Source: Rikenellaceae bacterium DTU049 (lineage in GTDB: Bacteria > Bacteroidota > Bacteroidia > Bacteroidales > DTU049). Taken from it: a DNA stretch of 61,559 nucleotides. The DNA lies in the NCBI GenBank assembly GCA_001513285.1, contig LFTI01000013.1, forward strand, positions 1 through 61,559, given 5' to 3'. The notes under the pieces were generated by a model. That model was given only the letters and a program-made list of their open reading frames with translations, searched no databases and was not told where the DNA came from. Positions 19,519 to 28,603 of the stretch are shown in pieces; positions within the stretch are counted from its first letter, which is position 1, and each line of letters begins with the position of its first letter. The position numbers were made by a program, and so were the translations under genes.

Positions 19519-20640
19519 ATGATTGCGATAAATTTAACTAATCCATTGACTATAAGTTTATTAATTGTACTTTTTCTGATAATTATATATTATTTAGTAA
19601 TTTTTGTACGTTTAGTATTTTATAAAGCAAAGAAAAATAGTACATATCCTCCTGCTAGTATTATTATAGTTGCTAAAGATGAAAGCTATAATCTAAAAAA
19701 AAATTTACCATTCATTTGTGAGCAAAAATATCCTAATGAATATGAAGTATTAGTAGTAGATGATAACTCTACTGACGACACTGAGGATATCATTTGCAAT
19801 TTTAAAAATAAATATGTTAATTTAAATTATTTAAAATTAGAAAATAATATAATAAACTCATACAGAGGTAAAAAATTCCCTTTATCTATAGGCATAAAAA
19901 ATTCTAAATATGAATATTTATTGCTTAGTGATGCAGATTGTAAACCTACTTCAGATTTATGGTTAATGAAGATGATGGAATCATATGCTCCACAGACAGA
20001 ATTAGTTCTTGGTTATGGTAAATATGAACAAAGAAAAGGTTTTTTGAATATTTTAATTCGTTGGGATACATTTATACATTCAGTTATGTATTTCTCGGCA
20101 GCATTGTGGGGATTCCCCTACATGGGTGTAGGAAGAAATCTTTCTTATAAAAAAGAATTATTTTTTAAGGTTAAAGGTTTTGTAAACCATATGCATTTAA
20201 TGTCTGGTGATGATGATTTATTTATTAAAGAAGCAGCTAACAAAAAGAATACTGCTATTTGCATAGACCCACAAGCTCATACTGTATCTAGAAATCCACA
20301 AACATTAAAAAAATATTTCATACAGAAAAAACGTCATTTCAAAAGTTCTTCGCATTACAAATTAGGTGCTATTACATATTTAGGTCTTATGCATTTGCTG
20401 GAAATATTATTCCCAATTTTGATAATTTTACAGATAGTTTTATTAAAATCATATTTATTCCCATTAAGTATTTTCATATTTAAAGCTATAATACAAATAT
20501 TGATATTATATAAAATTAATAATAACTTAAAAGAAAAAAATTTAGTAATTTTAGCTCCAATATTAGATTTTTTGAATTCAGGAATATTACTCGTTTTTTA
20601 TATAATTAGTATTTTTAAAAAAGAAAATAAATGGAAGTAA
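19519..20640 (+). CDS. Family 2 glycosyltransferase, membrane-associated
   Basis: VVDDNSTDDT and SDADC (DxD-like) motifs, N-terminal TM segment plus C-terminal TM segments. Confidence 0.8.
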   Translation: MIAINLTNPLTISLLIVLFLIIIYYLVIFVRLVFYKAKKNSTYPPASIIIVAKDESYNLKKNLPFICEQKYPNEYEVLVVDDNSTDDTEDIICNFKNKYVNLNYLKLENNIINSYRGKKFPLSIGIKNSKYEYLLLSDADCKPTSDLWLMKMMESYAPQTELVLGYGKYEQRKGFLNILIRWDTFIHSVMYFSAALWGFPYMGVGRNLSYKKELFFKVKGFVNHMHLMSGDDDLFIKEAANKKNTAICIDPQAHTVSRNPQTLKKYFIQKKRHFKSSSHYKLGAITYLGLMHLLEILFPILIILQIVLLKSYLFPLSIFIFKAIIQILILYKINNNLKEKNLVILAPILDFLNSGILLVFYIISIFKKENKWK

Positions 20641-20656
20641 ATTTTGTTAATTATTT

Positions 20657-21241
20657 ATGAAAAAAGATAAAAAATACATTGATAATTTAGTAACTAATGC
20701 ACAACGAGGTGATAGCATAGCTTTTACTACTTTAATGAATATTTATAAAGATGGTTTGTATTTTTTTATTGTCAAAATGATAGGAGATAAGGTAGAAGCT
20801 GAGGATATACTAATGGAAACTTTTTATAAAGCATTTGTGAACATTTCTTCTTATTCATTCGAATATGCTTTTAGCACTTGGATATATACTATAGCCAAAA
20901 ATAATACTATCGATTATATACGTAATGCTAAAAAAAATGTATTGCATAATTGTAAATCAGATGTATTGTCTGATGAATCTAGAAGTTTCATCAATGATTT
21001 AGCAGAAGATAACAAAAAAGAACCAGACAATATAGTAATAAATAGAGAAGAAAAAGAGGTAATAAGGAATTATATTTCATTGCTAAAACCTCACTATCGT
21101 ATTCTAATAGAAAAATTTTATTTTGAAGAAAAAAGATATGATGAAATTGCAAAAGAGCTTAATTTGCCTATAGGAACTGTAAAAGGCAAACTGCATAGAG
21201 CTAGAAAAATTATTAATAATTTTTTAAGACAAAATACTTAA
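20657..21241 (+). CDS. RNA polymerase sigma-70 factor, ECF subfamily
   Basis: Region 2 (AEDILMETFYKAF....FSTWIYTIAKNNTIDYIR) and region 4 HTH (RYDEIAKELNLPIGTVKGKLHRARK). Confidence 0.85.
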   Translation: MKKDKKYIDNLVTNAQRGDSIAFTTLMNIYKDGLYFFIVKMIGDKVEAEDILMETFYKAFVNISSYSFEYAFSTWIYTIAKNNTIDYIRNAKKNVLHNCKSDVLSDESRSFINDLAEDNKKEPDNIVINREEKEVIRNYISLLKPHYRILIEKFYFEEKRYDEIAKELNLPIGTVKGKLHRARKIINNFLRQNT

Positions 21242-21365
21242 ATAAATCAATTAATTATATAATATTAAATATAAAAATAGTAAATATTTGTATTTATTAT
21301 TTTTTAAAAATAAGCATTTTATCGATTTAATATTAAATTTGTAAAGAATAAAATAAAGGTAAAAA

Positions 21366-24300
21366 ATGGAAAATAAAAAACTTGTGCCCAATTTTTTGTT
21401 TGAGGTTAGCTGGGAAGTGTGTAATAAAGTTGGTGGTATATATACTGTATTATCTACCAAAGCATATAAATTAGAAGCTATGCTAGGCTCGCAATACATT
21501 CTGGTAGGTCCTGATATTGTAAAAGATGCTGCAAATGAAAGGTTATTTATACAGGATGATGGATTATATCATAAATGGGTAAAAAAAGCTAGAGAGGATG
21601 GTCTAAAAATCAGAATTGGAAGATGGCAAACCAAAGGTAATCCTATAACTATTTTAGTAGATTTTAGACATTTATTTGATCAACGCGACAAAATATTCAC
21701 AGATTTATGGATAAAATATAAATTAGATTCTTTATATGGAGGTTGGGATTATATAGAGCCAGCATTATTCGGTTATGAAGCTGGTAAGGTAATACATCAT
21801 TTCTATGAACATCATGTAACTGCTCAGGATAAAATAGTAGCTAATTTTCATGAATGGCTTACTGGAGCTGGTATTTTATATTTAGAAGATAAAGTTCCAC
21901 AGGTAGGTACTGCTTTTACTACTCATGCTACCACTTTAGGGCGTACTATTGCTGGTAATGGCTTGCCATTATACAATGAATTAGCTAATTATGATCCACA
22001 GCAAATGAGTAAACAATTTAACATTATTTCTAAATATTCAATGGAGAAATGTGCAGCTAATAATGCCGATGCATTCTCTACTGTATCTCCTATTACTGCT
22101 AATGAATGTAATTATTTCCTAGGCAAACAACCAAGTATTATTACCCCAAATAGTTTCGATATAGACGTTGTACCTAAAGATGAAGAATATGACAAAATAA
22201 AAGCTACATCTCGTGAAAAAATTATTAGACTTTTCAAAGCCACATCAGGTGCACAAGCAGAGAATCCTTTACTAGTTTTGATATCTGGTAGATATGAAAT
22301 GCGCAATAAAGGTATAGATTTATTCATTAAATCATTAAGTAAATTAAAAAATCAAAATCCTAATCGTAATATATTTGCTTGTATAGCAATACCATCAGGA
22401 ATTCAAGGACCTATACATGATGTTTTAGATGCTTATAATAATGATACTACCTCAGAGCATAAATATTTAACTTCGCATTATTTAAATGATGAAGATACAG
22501 ATCCTATAATTAATGCTTTTAGAAATGAAGGTTTACTCAATCAGGATGATAATCCCGTAAAAGTATTATTTATTCCTAGCTATTTAGATGGTAATGATGG
22601 CCTTTTAAATATTTCTTATTATGAATTTCTCATGGGGTTTGACCTAACAATTTTCCCATCATATTATGAACCGTGGGGCTACACTCCTATGGAGAGTACA
22701 GCATTTGGTATTCCTACTCTTACGACAACTTTATCAGGTTATGGTAATTGGGTGAAATCACTTAATTATGACACCGCTGAATATATTAGAATCGTTGACA
22801 GAAATGATTATAATGATGATGAGGTAATGGATAACATTACCAATTACATCAGAGAACACTTACAGCTAAATGATGAGCAAAGGATTTCATTAAGAAATAA
22901 ATGCTGGCAAATAGCTAAATTGGCTCATTGGGATAATTTTATTAATTATTATTTTGATTTATATGATATAGCTCTTAAAGAATCTGAAAAAAGAATTGTT
23001 CAATATTATTTCAAAACTGTAAAAGATTATGTCGTTACTAGCCCAAAGGAGATAGATGTAGCAGAATGGAGAAAAGTTTTTGTAAAACCAGAGTATCCAC
23101 AATCATTATTACCACTTGTAGAATTAACGCAAAACCTATGGTGGACTTGGGATGATGAAGCTACTGAATTTATGAAAAACATAAATCCTGTCTATTGGGT
23201 AAAATCTGATTATAATCCAATAGCAATGCTCGAAATGATGTCTTATGATGAGATTATTAATTTATCACAAGATAAATCTTTTATTGAGAAATTAAATGCA
23301 ATCTATAAAAGATTCAAAGACTATATGAGTTTATCTCCATACAAAAAAGATGATAAATTAGTTGCCTATCTATGTATGGAATATGGAATACATTCTTCTC
23401 TAAAAATTTATAGTGGTGGGTTAGGAATATTAGCTGGTGATTATCTAAAAGAAGCTAGTGATAGTAATTTTCCCATTGTTGCCTTTGGATTACTTTTTAG
23501 ATATGGTTATTTTAAACAAGTCTTATCTCGTTTAGGTGAGCAAATAGCACAATATATTCCGCAAAAATTCACTAATTTACCCATAATAGCAGTGAGAGAT
23601 AGTAATGATGAATGGATGAAAATACAATTACCATTTCCTGGTAGAAATGTTTTTGCTAAATTATGGCAAGTAAATGTAGGTAGAATACATTTATATTTAT
23701 TAGATACTGACATAGAAGAAAATGAAGATGAGGATAAAGAAATAACAGCTAGACTATATGATGCAAATTGGGAAATGAGGCTAAAACAAGAATATTTATT
23801 AGGGTTTGGCTCTATATATGCTATGCGTGCTATGGGCATTAGTCCTAATATTTTTCATTTGAATGAAGGTCACGCAGCATTTGCTAATATTGCGAGATTG
23901 AGATATTATATTAAAGAGCAACATTTACCTTTTCAGCATGCTTTAGAAATAGTTCGTAAATCATCAATTTTTACAACACATACACCTGTACCTGCAGGTC
24001 ATGATAAATTTTCTGAAAATCTAATGCGTGCATATTTTGCTCATATACCAGAAACACTCGATATTAGTTGGGATGAATTTATGGATCTCGGTAGAGTAAA
24101 ACGTACTGATGAAGAGTTTTCTGTAACACATTTAGCTATTAAAACTTCTGTATATGTAAATGCTGTTAGTAAAATTCATAAAAATGTTACTTGCGACATG
24201 TTCAAAGATCTTTATAGAGGATTTTTTAATAGTGAACTTTTTATTGATTATGTAACTAATGCTGTGCATCCCAAAACATGGATGTGTGGAGCTTGGCAAA

Positions 24301-25601
24301 AAGCATTTATGAGTGTTGCTGGTAATGAATTTTTCGAGCATATGCACGAGAATCACGACTATTGGAAATTTATTGATAAACTAAAACCTTTAACTATTTG
24401 GAAACTCAAAACAGATCAGAAACATGAACTTTATGATAAACTTGTTGAACGTTTAGCTAAGCAAATGCCTCAGAGACAAGAATTACCTGGTCAAATAATT
24501 CATACTTTAGAAGAACTAAATACAACACCAGAAATTTTAACTATAGGTTTCGCTCGTAGATTTGTTACTTATAAACGTGCTCATTTGCTATTTATCGATT
24601 TGAAGCGTTTAGAAAGTATCGTAAATAATCCTCAATATCCTGTACGTTTCATTTTTAGTGGTAAAGCTCATCCATCAGATAAAGCTGGCGAAGATTTAAT
24701 AAAAAGAATTATTGAGGTTTCTAGACTACCAGAATTTATTGGTAAGATAATTTTTGTTGAAAATTATGATACAGAATTTGCTAAATTACTTTTAAAAGGT
24801 GTAGATGTATGGCTCAATACGCCTACTAAACCTTTAGAAGCTAGTGGTACCTCTGGAATGAAAGCAGTTATGAATGGCACTTTGAACTTTAGTGTGCTTG
24901 ATGGTTGGTGGGCAGAAGGCTATGTACCTGGTGGTGGTTGGGCTCTCAGACAAGAAAATACTTATGATGATCCTGATCTTCAAGATCAATTAGATGCCGA
25001 AATGATATATAGTATTTTAGAAGATGAAATAGTACCAACTTTTTATGAAAGAGATAGTGAAGGTGTACCTCAAAAATGGGTAGAAATGATTAAAAATGCT
25101 TATTTCCACATTGCGCCTCATTTCATCACTAAACGTATGCTCCTAGAGTATGATAATAAATTCTACAATAATTTATTTGATTATTATAAAACTCTTTCTG
25201 ACAATGATTACCAGAATCTTTTCAGATTTATATCTTGGAAAAGAAAGATTTATCGTAATTGGGATGAAATAAAACTAGAAAATATCGAAATGTTTGATAG
25301 CTCTAAACATCATCTGCCTCTTGGTGATAAATTTTATGTGAAACTAATAATAGATCTCAAAGAATTAAAACCAGATGATGTAATAATAGAATTAATTTTT
25401 GGTAAAAAAGAAGAAGGCCGTATAGTAGATATAGCGTTTACTAAAGCATTTGATTTTGTTAGCTGCCAAGGTCCTAAAGCTATTTATGAATGTACTATAC
25501 CTATGGAGCAAAGTGGTGTTTATAATTTCTCTATTAGATTGAGACCACAGCATCCTTTATTAGCTCATAAACAAGATTTCTACTTAGTACGCTGGCTATA
25601 A
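21366..25601 (+). CDS. Fusion protein: GT3-type glycogen synthase (N-terminal ~550 aa) plus GT35 alpha-glucan phosphorylase (C-terminal ~850 aa)
   Basis: The N-terminus FEVSWEVCNKVGGIYTV is the eukaryote-like GT3 signature. The C-terminal half has GGLGILAGD and the PLP-lysine region EASGTSGMKAVMNG. Confidence 0.85.
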   Translation: MENKKLVPNFLFEVSWEVCNKVGGIYTVLSTKAYKLEAMLGSQYILVGPDIVKDAANERLFIQDDGLYHKWVKKAREDGLKIRIGRWQTKGNPITILVDFRHLFDQRDKIFTDLWIKYKLDSLYGGWDYIEPALFGYEAGKVIHHFYEHHVTAQDKIVANFHEWLTGAGILYLEDKVPQVGTAFTTHATTLGRTIAGNGLPLYNELANYDPQQMSKQFNIISKYSMEKCAANNADAFSTVSPITANECNYFLGKQPSIITPNSFDIDVVPKDEEYDKIKATSREKIIRLFKATSGAQAENPLLVLISGRYEMRNKGIDLFIKSLSKLKNQNPNRNIFACIAIPSGIQGPIHDVLDAYNNDTTSEHKYLTSHYLNDEDTDPIINAFRNEGLLNQDDNPVKVLFIPSYLDGNDGLLNISYYEFLMGFDLTIFPSYYEPWGYTPMESTAFGIPTLTTTLSGYGNWVKSLNYDTAEYIRIVDRNDYNDDEVMDNITNYIREHLQLNDEQRISLRNKCWQIAKLAHWDNFINYYFDLYDIALKESEKRIVQYYFKTVKDYVVTSPKEIDVAEWRKVFVKPEYPQSLLPLVELTQNLWWTWDDEATEFMKNINPVYWVKSDYNPIAMLEMMSYDEIINLSQDKSFIEKLNAIYKRFKDYMSLSPYKKDDKLVAYLCMEYGIHSSLKIYSGGLGILAGDYLKEASDSNFPIVAFGLLFRYGYFKQVLSRLGEQIAQYIPQKFTNLPIIAVRDSNDEWMKIQLPFPGRNVFAKLWQVNVGRIHLYLLDTDIEENEDEDKEITARLYDANWEMRLKQEYLLGFGSIYAMRAMGISPNIFHLNEGHAAFANIARLRYYIKEQHLPFQHALEIVRKSSIFTTHTPVPAGHDKFSENLMRAYFAHIPETLDISWDEFMDLGRVKRTDEEFSVTHLAIKTSVYVNAVSKIHKNVTCDMFKDLYRGFFNSELFIDYVTNAVHPKTWMCGAWQKAFMSVAGNEFFEHMHENHDYWKFIDKLKPLTIWKLKTDQKHELYDKLVERLAKQMPQRQELPGQIIHTLEELNTTPEILTIGFARRFVTYKRAHLLFIDLKRLESIVNNPQYPVRFIFSGKAHPSDKAGEDLIKRIIEVSRLPEFIGKIIFVENYDTEFAKLLLKGVDVWLNTPTKPLEASGTSGMKAVMNGTLNFSVLDGWWAEGYVPGGGWALRQENTYDDPDLQDQLDAEMIYSILEDEIVPTFYERDSEGVPQKWVEMIKNAYFHIAPHFITKRMLLEYDNKFYNNLFDYYKTLSDNDYQNLFRFISWKRKIYRNWDEIKLENIEMFDSSKHHLPLGDKFYVKLIIDLKELKPDDVIIELIFGKKEEGRIVDIAFTKAFDFVSCQGPKAIYECTIPMEQSGVYNFSIRLRPQHPLLAHKQDFYLVRWL

Positions 25602-25610
25602 ATATTTAAT

Positions 25611-25858
25611 GACGAGACTGGGTGACTGGGAGATGGGGAGACGAGGTGACTGGGAGAATAGGTGATGGGTGATAAGTGATAAATGATGGGGAGACTAGGT
25701 GACGGGGAGACGAGGTGATAAGTGATGAGTGATAGGTGATTAGTGATAAGGAGACTGGGGGACGGGGAGACTTGGTGATTGGGAGAAATGGAGACGAGGT
25801 GACTTGGAGAAGATGAGAAAAAATAAGGAAAGGTTAGTTTTTTCACTAATTAGCTTTA
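25611..25858. repeat. Tandem degenerate octamer/heptamer array (NNGGNGAY / NNGTGAT units) plus conserved terminal linker
   Basis: tgggtgac tgggagat ggggagac gaggtgac tgggagaa taggtgat gggtgat aagtgat aaatgat ggggagac... The linker ttagttttttcactaattagctt is at 25836-25858. Confidence 0.85.
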
Positions 25859-25888
25859 AACACATATTTCGATTAATTATATTTTTTA

Positions 25889-25896
25889 TATATTTG
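25889..25896 (+). promoter_or_regulatory. -7 box TAnnTTTG upstream of the lysine-ketoglutarate reductase gene
   Basis: tatatttg lies 18 nt upstream of the ATG at 25914. Confidence 0.4.
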
Positions 25897-25913
25897 CAAT
25901 TAAATAGTAAGAT

Positions 25914-27212
25914 ATGATATTAGGTATAAGAGAAGAGAATAAATATCCAAGTGAGAAACGCGTAATATTAATACCAGAACATGTGGAACAACTTATAAAA
26001 AAGGGCTATACAGTATTAGTACAAAGTTCCAATAAAAGAATTTATTCAGATGAAGAATATGAAAAAGTTGGTGCCAAGATTGTAAATTCTTTAGAAAAAG
26101 CAGATATTATAATTGGTATTAAAGAGATACCAGAAGAGGAGATTTATCCAAATAAGATATATTTATTTTTTTCTCATACTATTAAAGGGCAAAAACATAA
26201 TATGCCAATGTTACGGGAATTAATAAAACAGAAAGCAACATTATTAGATCATGAAAGAATAGTAGATGATTTCGGTAAAAGATTAATATTTTTTGGGAAA
26301 TTTGCTGGCAATGCAGGATTAATAGATACTCTATGGATGATAGGTAAAAGATTAAGTAAAAGTGGTATCAGTAATCCATTTGAAAAAATTAAACGTGCAT
26401 ATGAATATTCATCTGTCGAAAAAGCTAAGGAAGCACTTTCGCAAATAGGTACAGATATATTAACTAAAGGATTACCAGATTCTTTATCACCTTTTATTAT
26501 TGGCATAACTGGATATGGGAATGTAAGCAATGGTGTGCAAGAAATGCTAAGCTTTTTGCCTACTAAAGAAATTTTACCAGAGGAGTTACTCCATTTTTCT
26601 CAATTACCTGATTCTACACATAATATTTACAAAGTTGTTTTTTATGAAAAAGATATGGTTCAGAGAAAAGATGGAACACCATTTAATCTAAACGATTATT
26701 ATTCTCATCCAGAAAATTATGAGAGTATTTTTCAACAGTATTTACCTTATTTAAATCTTTTAATACATGCTTCATATTGGGATAAAAGATATCCACGTGT
26801 AGTAGAGGAACAATTTATTATAGATAATTGGCAAAAACCTAATTTCAGACTTTTGGGTATAGGTGATATTTCTTGTGATATTAATGGCGGAGTAGAAATA
26901 ACTAAAATTGCTACAGAAATTTATACTCCTGTATTAGTTTATAATCCTAGCTCAAAAGAGTATACTATAGACCTATATTCGGATGGTATCCCTGTGATGG
27001 CAGTAGATATATTACCCGCCGAACTTCCATTAGATGCTAGTCAATATTTTTCTAAATGTTTACTACCTTTTGTAGAGGCAATGCTAAAAGCTAATTGGGA
27101 TAAAAAATTTGAAAAATTACAACTCCCTAATCCACTAAAGAAATCTATAATATTATATAAGGGTCAGTTTACACCAGATTATAAATTTATGGAAAATTTT
27201 ATTTCAGACTAA
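25914..27212 (+). CDS. Lysine-ketoglutarate reductase-like enzyme (saccharopine dehydrogenase, L-lysine-forming; AlaDH/PNT fold)
   Basis: The N-terminus ILGIREENKYPSEKRVILIPEHVEQLIKKGYTVLVQSSNKRIYSDEEYEKVGAKI resembles the LKR domain of AASS-type enzymes. It is followed directly by an SDH-type gene. Confidence 0.7.
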   Translation: MILGIREENKYPSEKRVILIPEHVEQLIKKGYTVLVQSSNKRIYSDEEYEKVGAKIVNSLEKADIIIGIKEIPEEEIYPNKIYLFFSHTIKGQKHNMPMLRELIKQKATLLDHERIVDDFGKRLIFFGKFAGNAGLIDTLWMIGKRLSKSGISNPFEKIKRAYEYSSVEKAKEALSQIGTDILTKGLPDSLSPFIIGITGYGNVSNGVQEMLSFLPTKEILPEELLHFSQLPDSTHNIYKVVFYEKDMVQRKDGTPFNLNDYYSHPENYESIFQQYLPYLNLLIHASYWDKRYPRVVEEQFIIDNWQKPNFRLLGIGDISCDINGGVEITKIATEIYTPVLVYNPSSKEYTIDLYSDGIPVMAVDILPAELPLDASQYFSKCLLPFVEAMLKANWDKKFEKLQLPNPLKKSIILYKGQFTPDYKFMENFISD

Positions 27213-27232
27213 TCAAAAAAAAAATTATAAAT

Positions 27233-28546
27233 ATGAAATCTATTTTAATAATTGGTGCAGGTTTATCTGCTAAAGTATTAATAAATTATCTATCAAAGCA
27301 AGCTAAACAAAATGATTGGAAAATAACGATAGCTGAACAAAACTTACATGCTATAGAATATATTGATTTACCCAAAATACAACTAGATGTCACAGATGAC
27401 AAAGCTAGGTATGAATGTATTAAAAATTTTGATGTGATAATCTCTATGGTGCCTGCACGTTTTCATTTTTTAATAGCAAAAGATTGCTTGGCACTGGGCA
27501 AACATTTATTTACAGCTTCCTACATTTCACCAGAGATGAAAGCAATTGAAAAAGAAGTAAAAGAAAAAAATTTATTATTTTTAAACGAATGTGGATTAGA
27601 TCCAGGACTCGATCATATGTCTGCAATGAAATTAATACATAATATTAAACATAATGGTGGTGAAATATTGGAATTTGAAAGCTCTACGGGAGGCTTAGTA
27701 GCACCTGAGTATGACAATAATCCATGGAATTATAAATTTACATGGAATCCTAGAAATGTTGTTCTCGCTGGTATGGAACCAGCAAAATATTTAGATAATG
27801 GGAAATATAAATATATACCATATCATCGTATTTTTCAATGGACAACAAACATCAAGGTTGCTGGATTAGGTGATTTCGAAGTTTATCCTAATAGAGATTC
27901 TCTGAAATACAGATATATCTACGGTTTAGAAAATGTTAAAACTATGCTAAGAGGTACAATTAGACGACCTGGCTATTGCAAATCATGGAATGCCTTTGTA
28001 CAACTCGGGCTCACTGATGATAGCTATGAAATAGAAAATATTGATAAAATGACATGGAAAGAACTTATATCCGCATACCTGCCAAATATTCCGGATAAAT
28101 CTATCGAAGACAATTTTTGCGATTATCTTGGCATAAATCGCAATAGTCAAGAATTTAATAAATTTGAATGGTTAGAAATATTTACAGAAAAACCAGTAGG
28201 TTTACAAAAAGGTACTCCCGCTCAAGCTTTACAACATTTACTCGAGGAAAAATGGAAATTGGAAGTTAATGACAAGGATTTAATCGTTATGCAACATAAT
28301 ATTGGCTATAAAATCAATGGAGAATATCATAAAATCAAATCTACGTTAACATATACAGGAAAAGATCAAATTAATACAGCTATGGCAGCAACAGTAGGAT
28401 TGCCATTGGCAATAGCAATAGATTTATTTATGCAAGGTAAATTACAAAAGACAGGAGTATTGCTGCCAATAGAACCTGATATTTACGAGCCGATATTAAA
28501 AAAATTAGAAGAATTTAATATTAAGTTTGTAGAAGAAGAGATTTGA
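27233..28546 (+). CDS. Saccharopine dehydrogenase (L-glutamate-forming type)
   Basis: Rossmann ILIIGAGLSAKVLINYL and GLDPGLDHMSAMK, characteristic of the Sacchrp_dh NADP-binding and C-terminal domains. Confidence 0.8.
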   Translation: MKSILIIGAGLSAKVLINYLSKQAKQNDWKITIAEQNLHAIEYIDLPKIQLDVTDDKARYECIKNFDVIISMVPARFHFLIAKDCLALGKHLFTASYISPEMKAIEKEVKEKNLLFLNECGLDPGLDHMSAMKLIHNIKHNGGEILEFESSTGGLVAPEYDNNPWNYKFTWNPRNVVLAGMEPAKYLDNGKYKYIPYHRIFQWTTNIKVAGLGDFEVYPNRDSLKYRYIYGLENVKTMLRGTIRRPGYCKSWNAFVQLGLTDDSYEIENIDKMTWKELISAYLPNIPDKSIEDNFCDYLGINRNSQEFNKFEWLEIFTEKPVGLQKGTPAQALQHLLEEKWKLEVNDKDLIVMQHNIGYKINGEYHKIKSTLTYTGKDQINTAMAATVGLPLAIAIDLFMQGKLQKTGVLLPIEPDIYEPILKKLEEFNIKFVEEEI

Positions 28547-28556
28547 ATAAGAAGTT

Positions 28557-28592
28557 AAAGAATAGCAATATTTTTCAATATTGCTATTCTTT
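28557..28592 (+). terminator. Perfect 16-bp stem / 4-nt loop hairpin, probable intrinsic terminator of the saccharopine dehydrogenase gene
   Basis: aaagaatagcaatatt tttc aatattgctattcttt lies 11 nt after the stop. The right arm ends in a T-rich run. Confidence 0.6.
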
Positions 28593-28603
28593 AATTAATA
28601 TTT

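Noticed and set aside
25611-25818. Possibility that the short-unit arrays (also 8692-8948 and 41483-41690) are CRISPR arrays
   Set aside because: The units are only 7-8 nt and directly abut each other with no unique spacers of 25-40 nt. No cas genes or leader are present.
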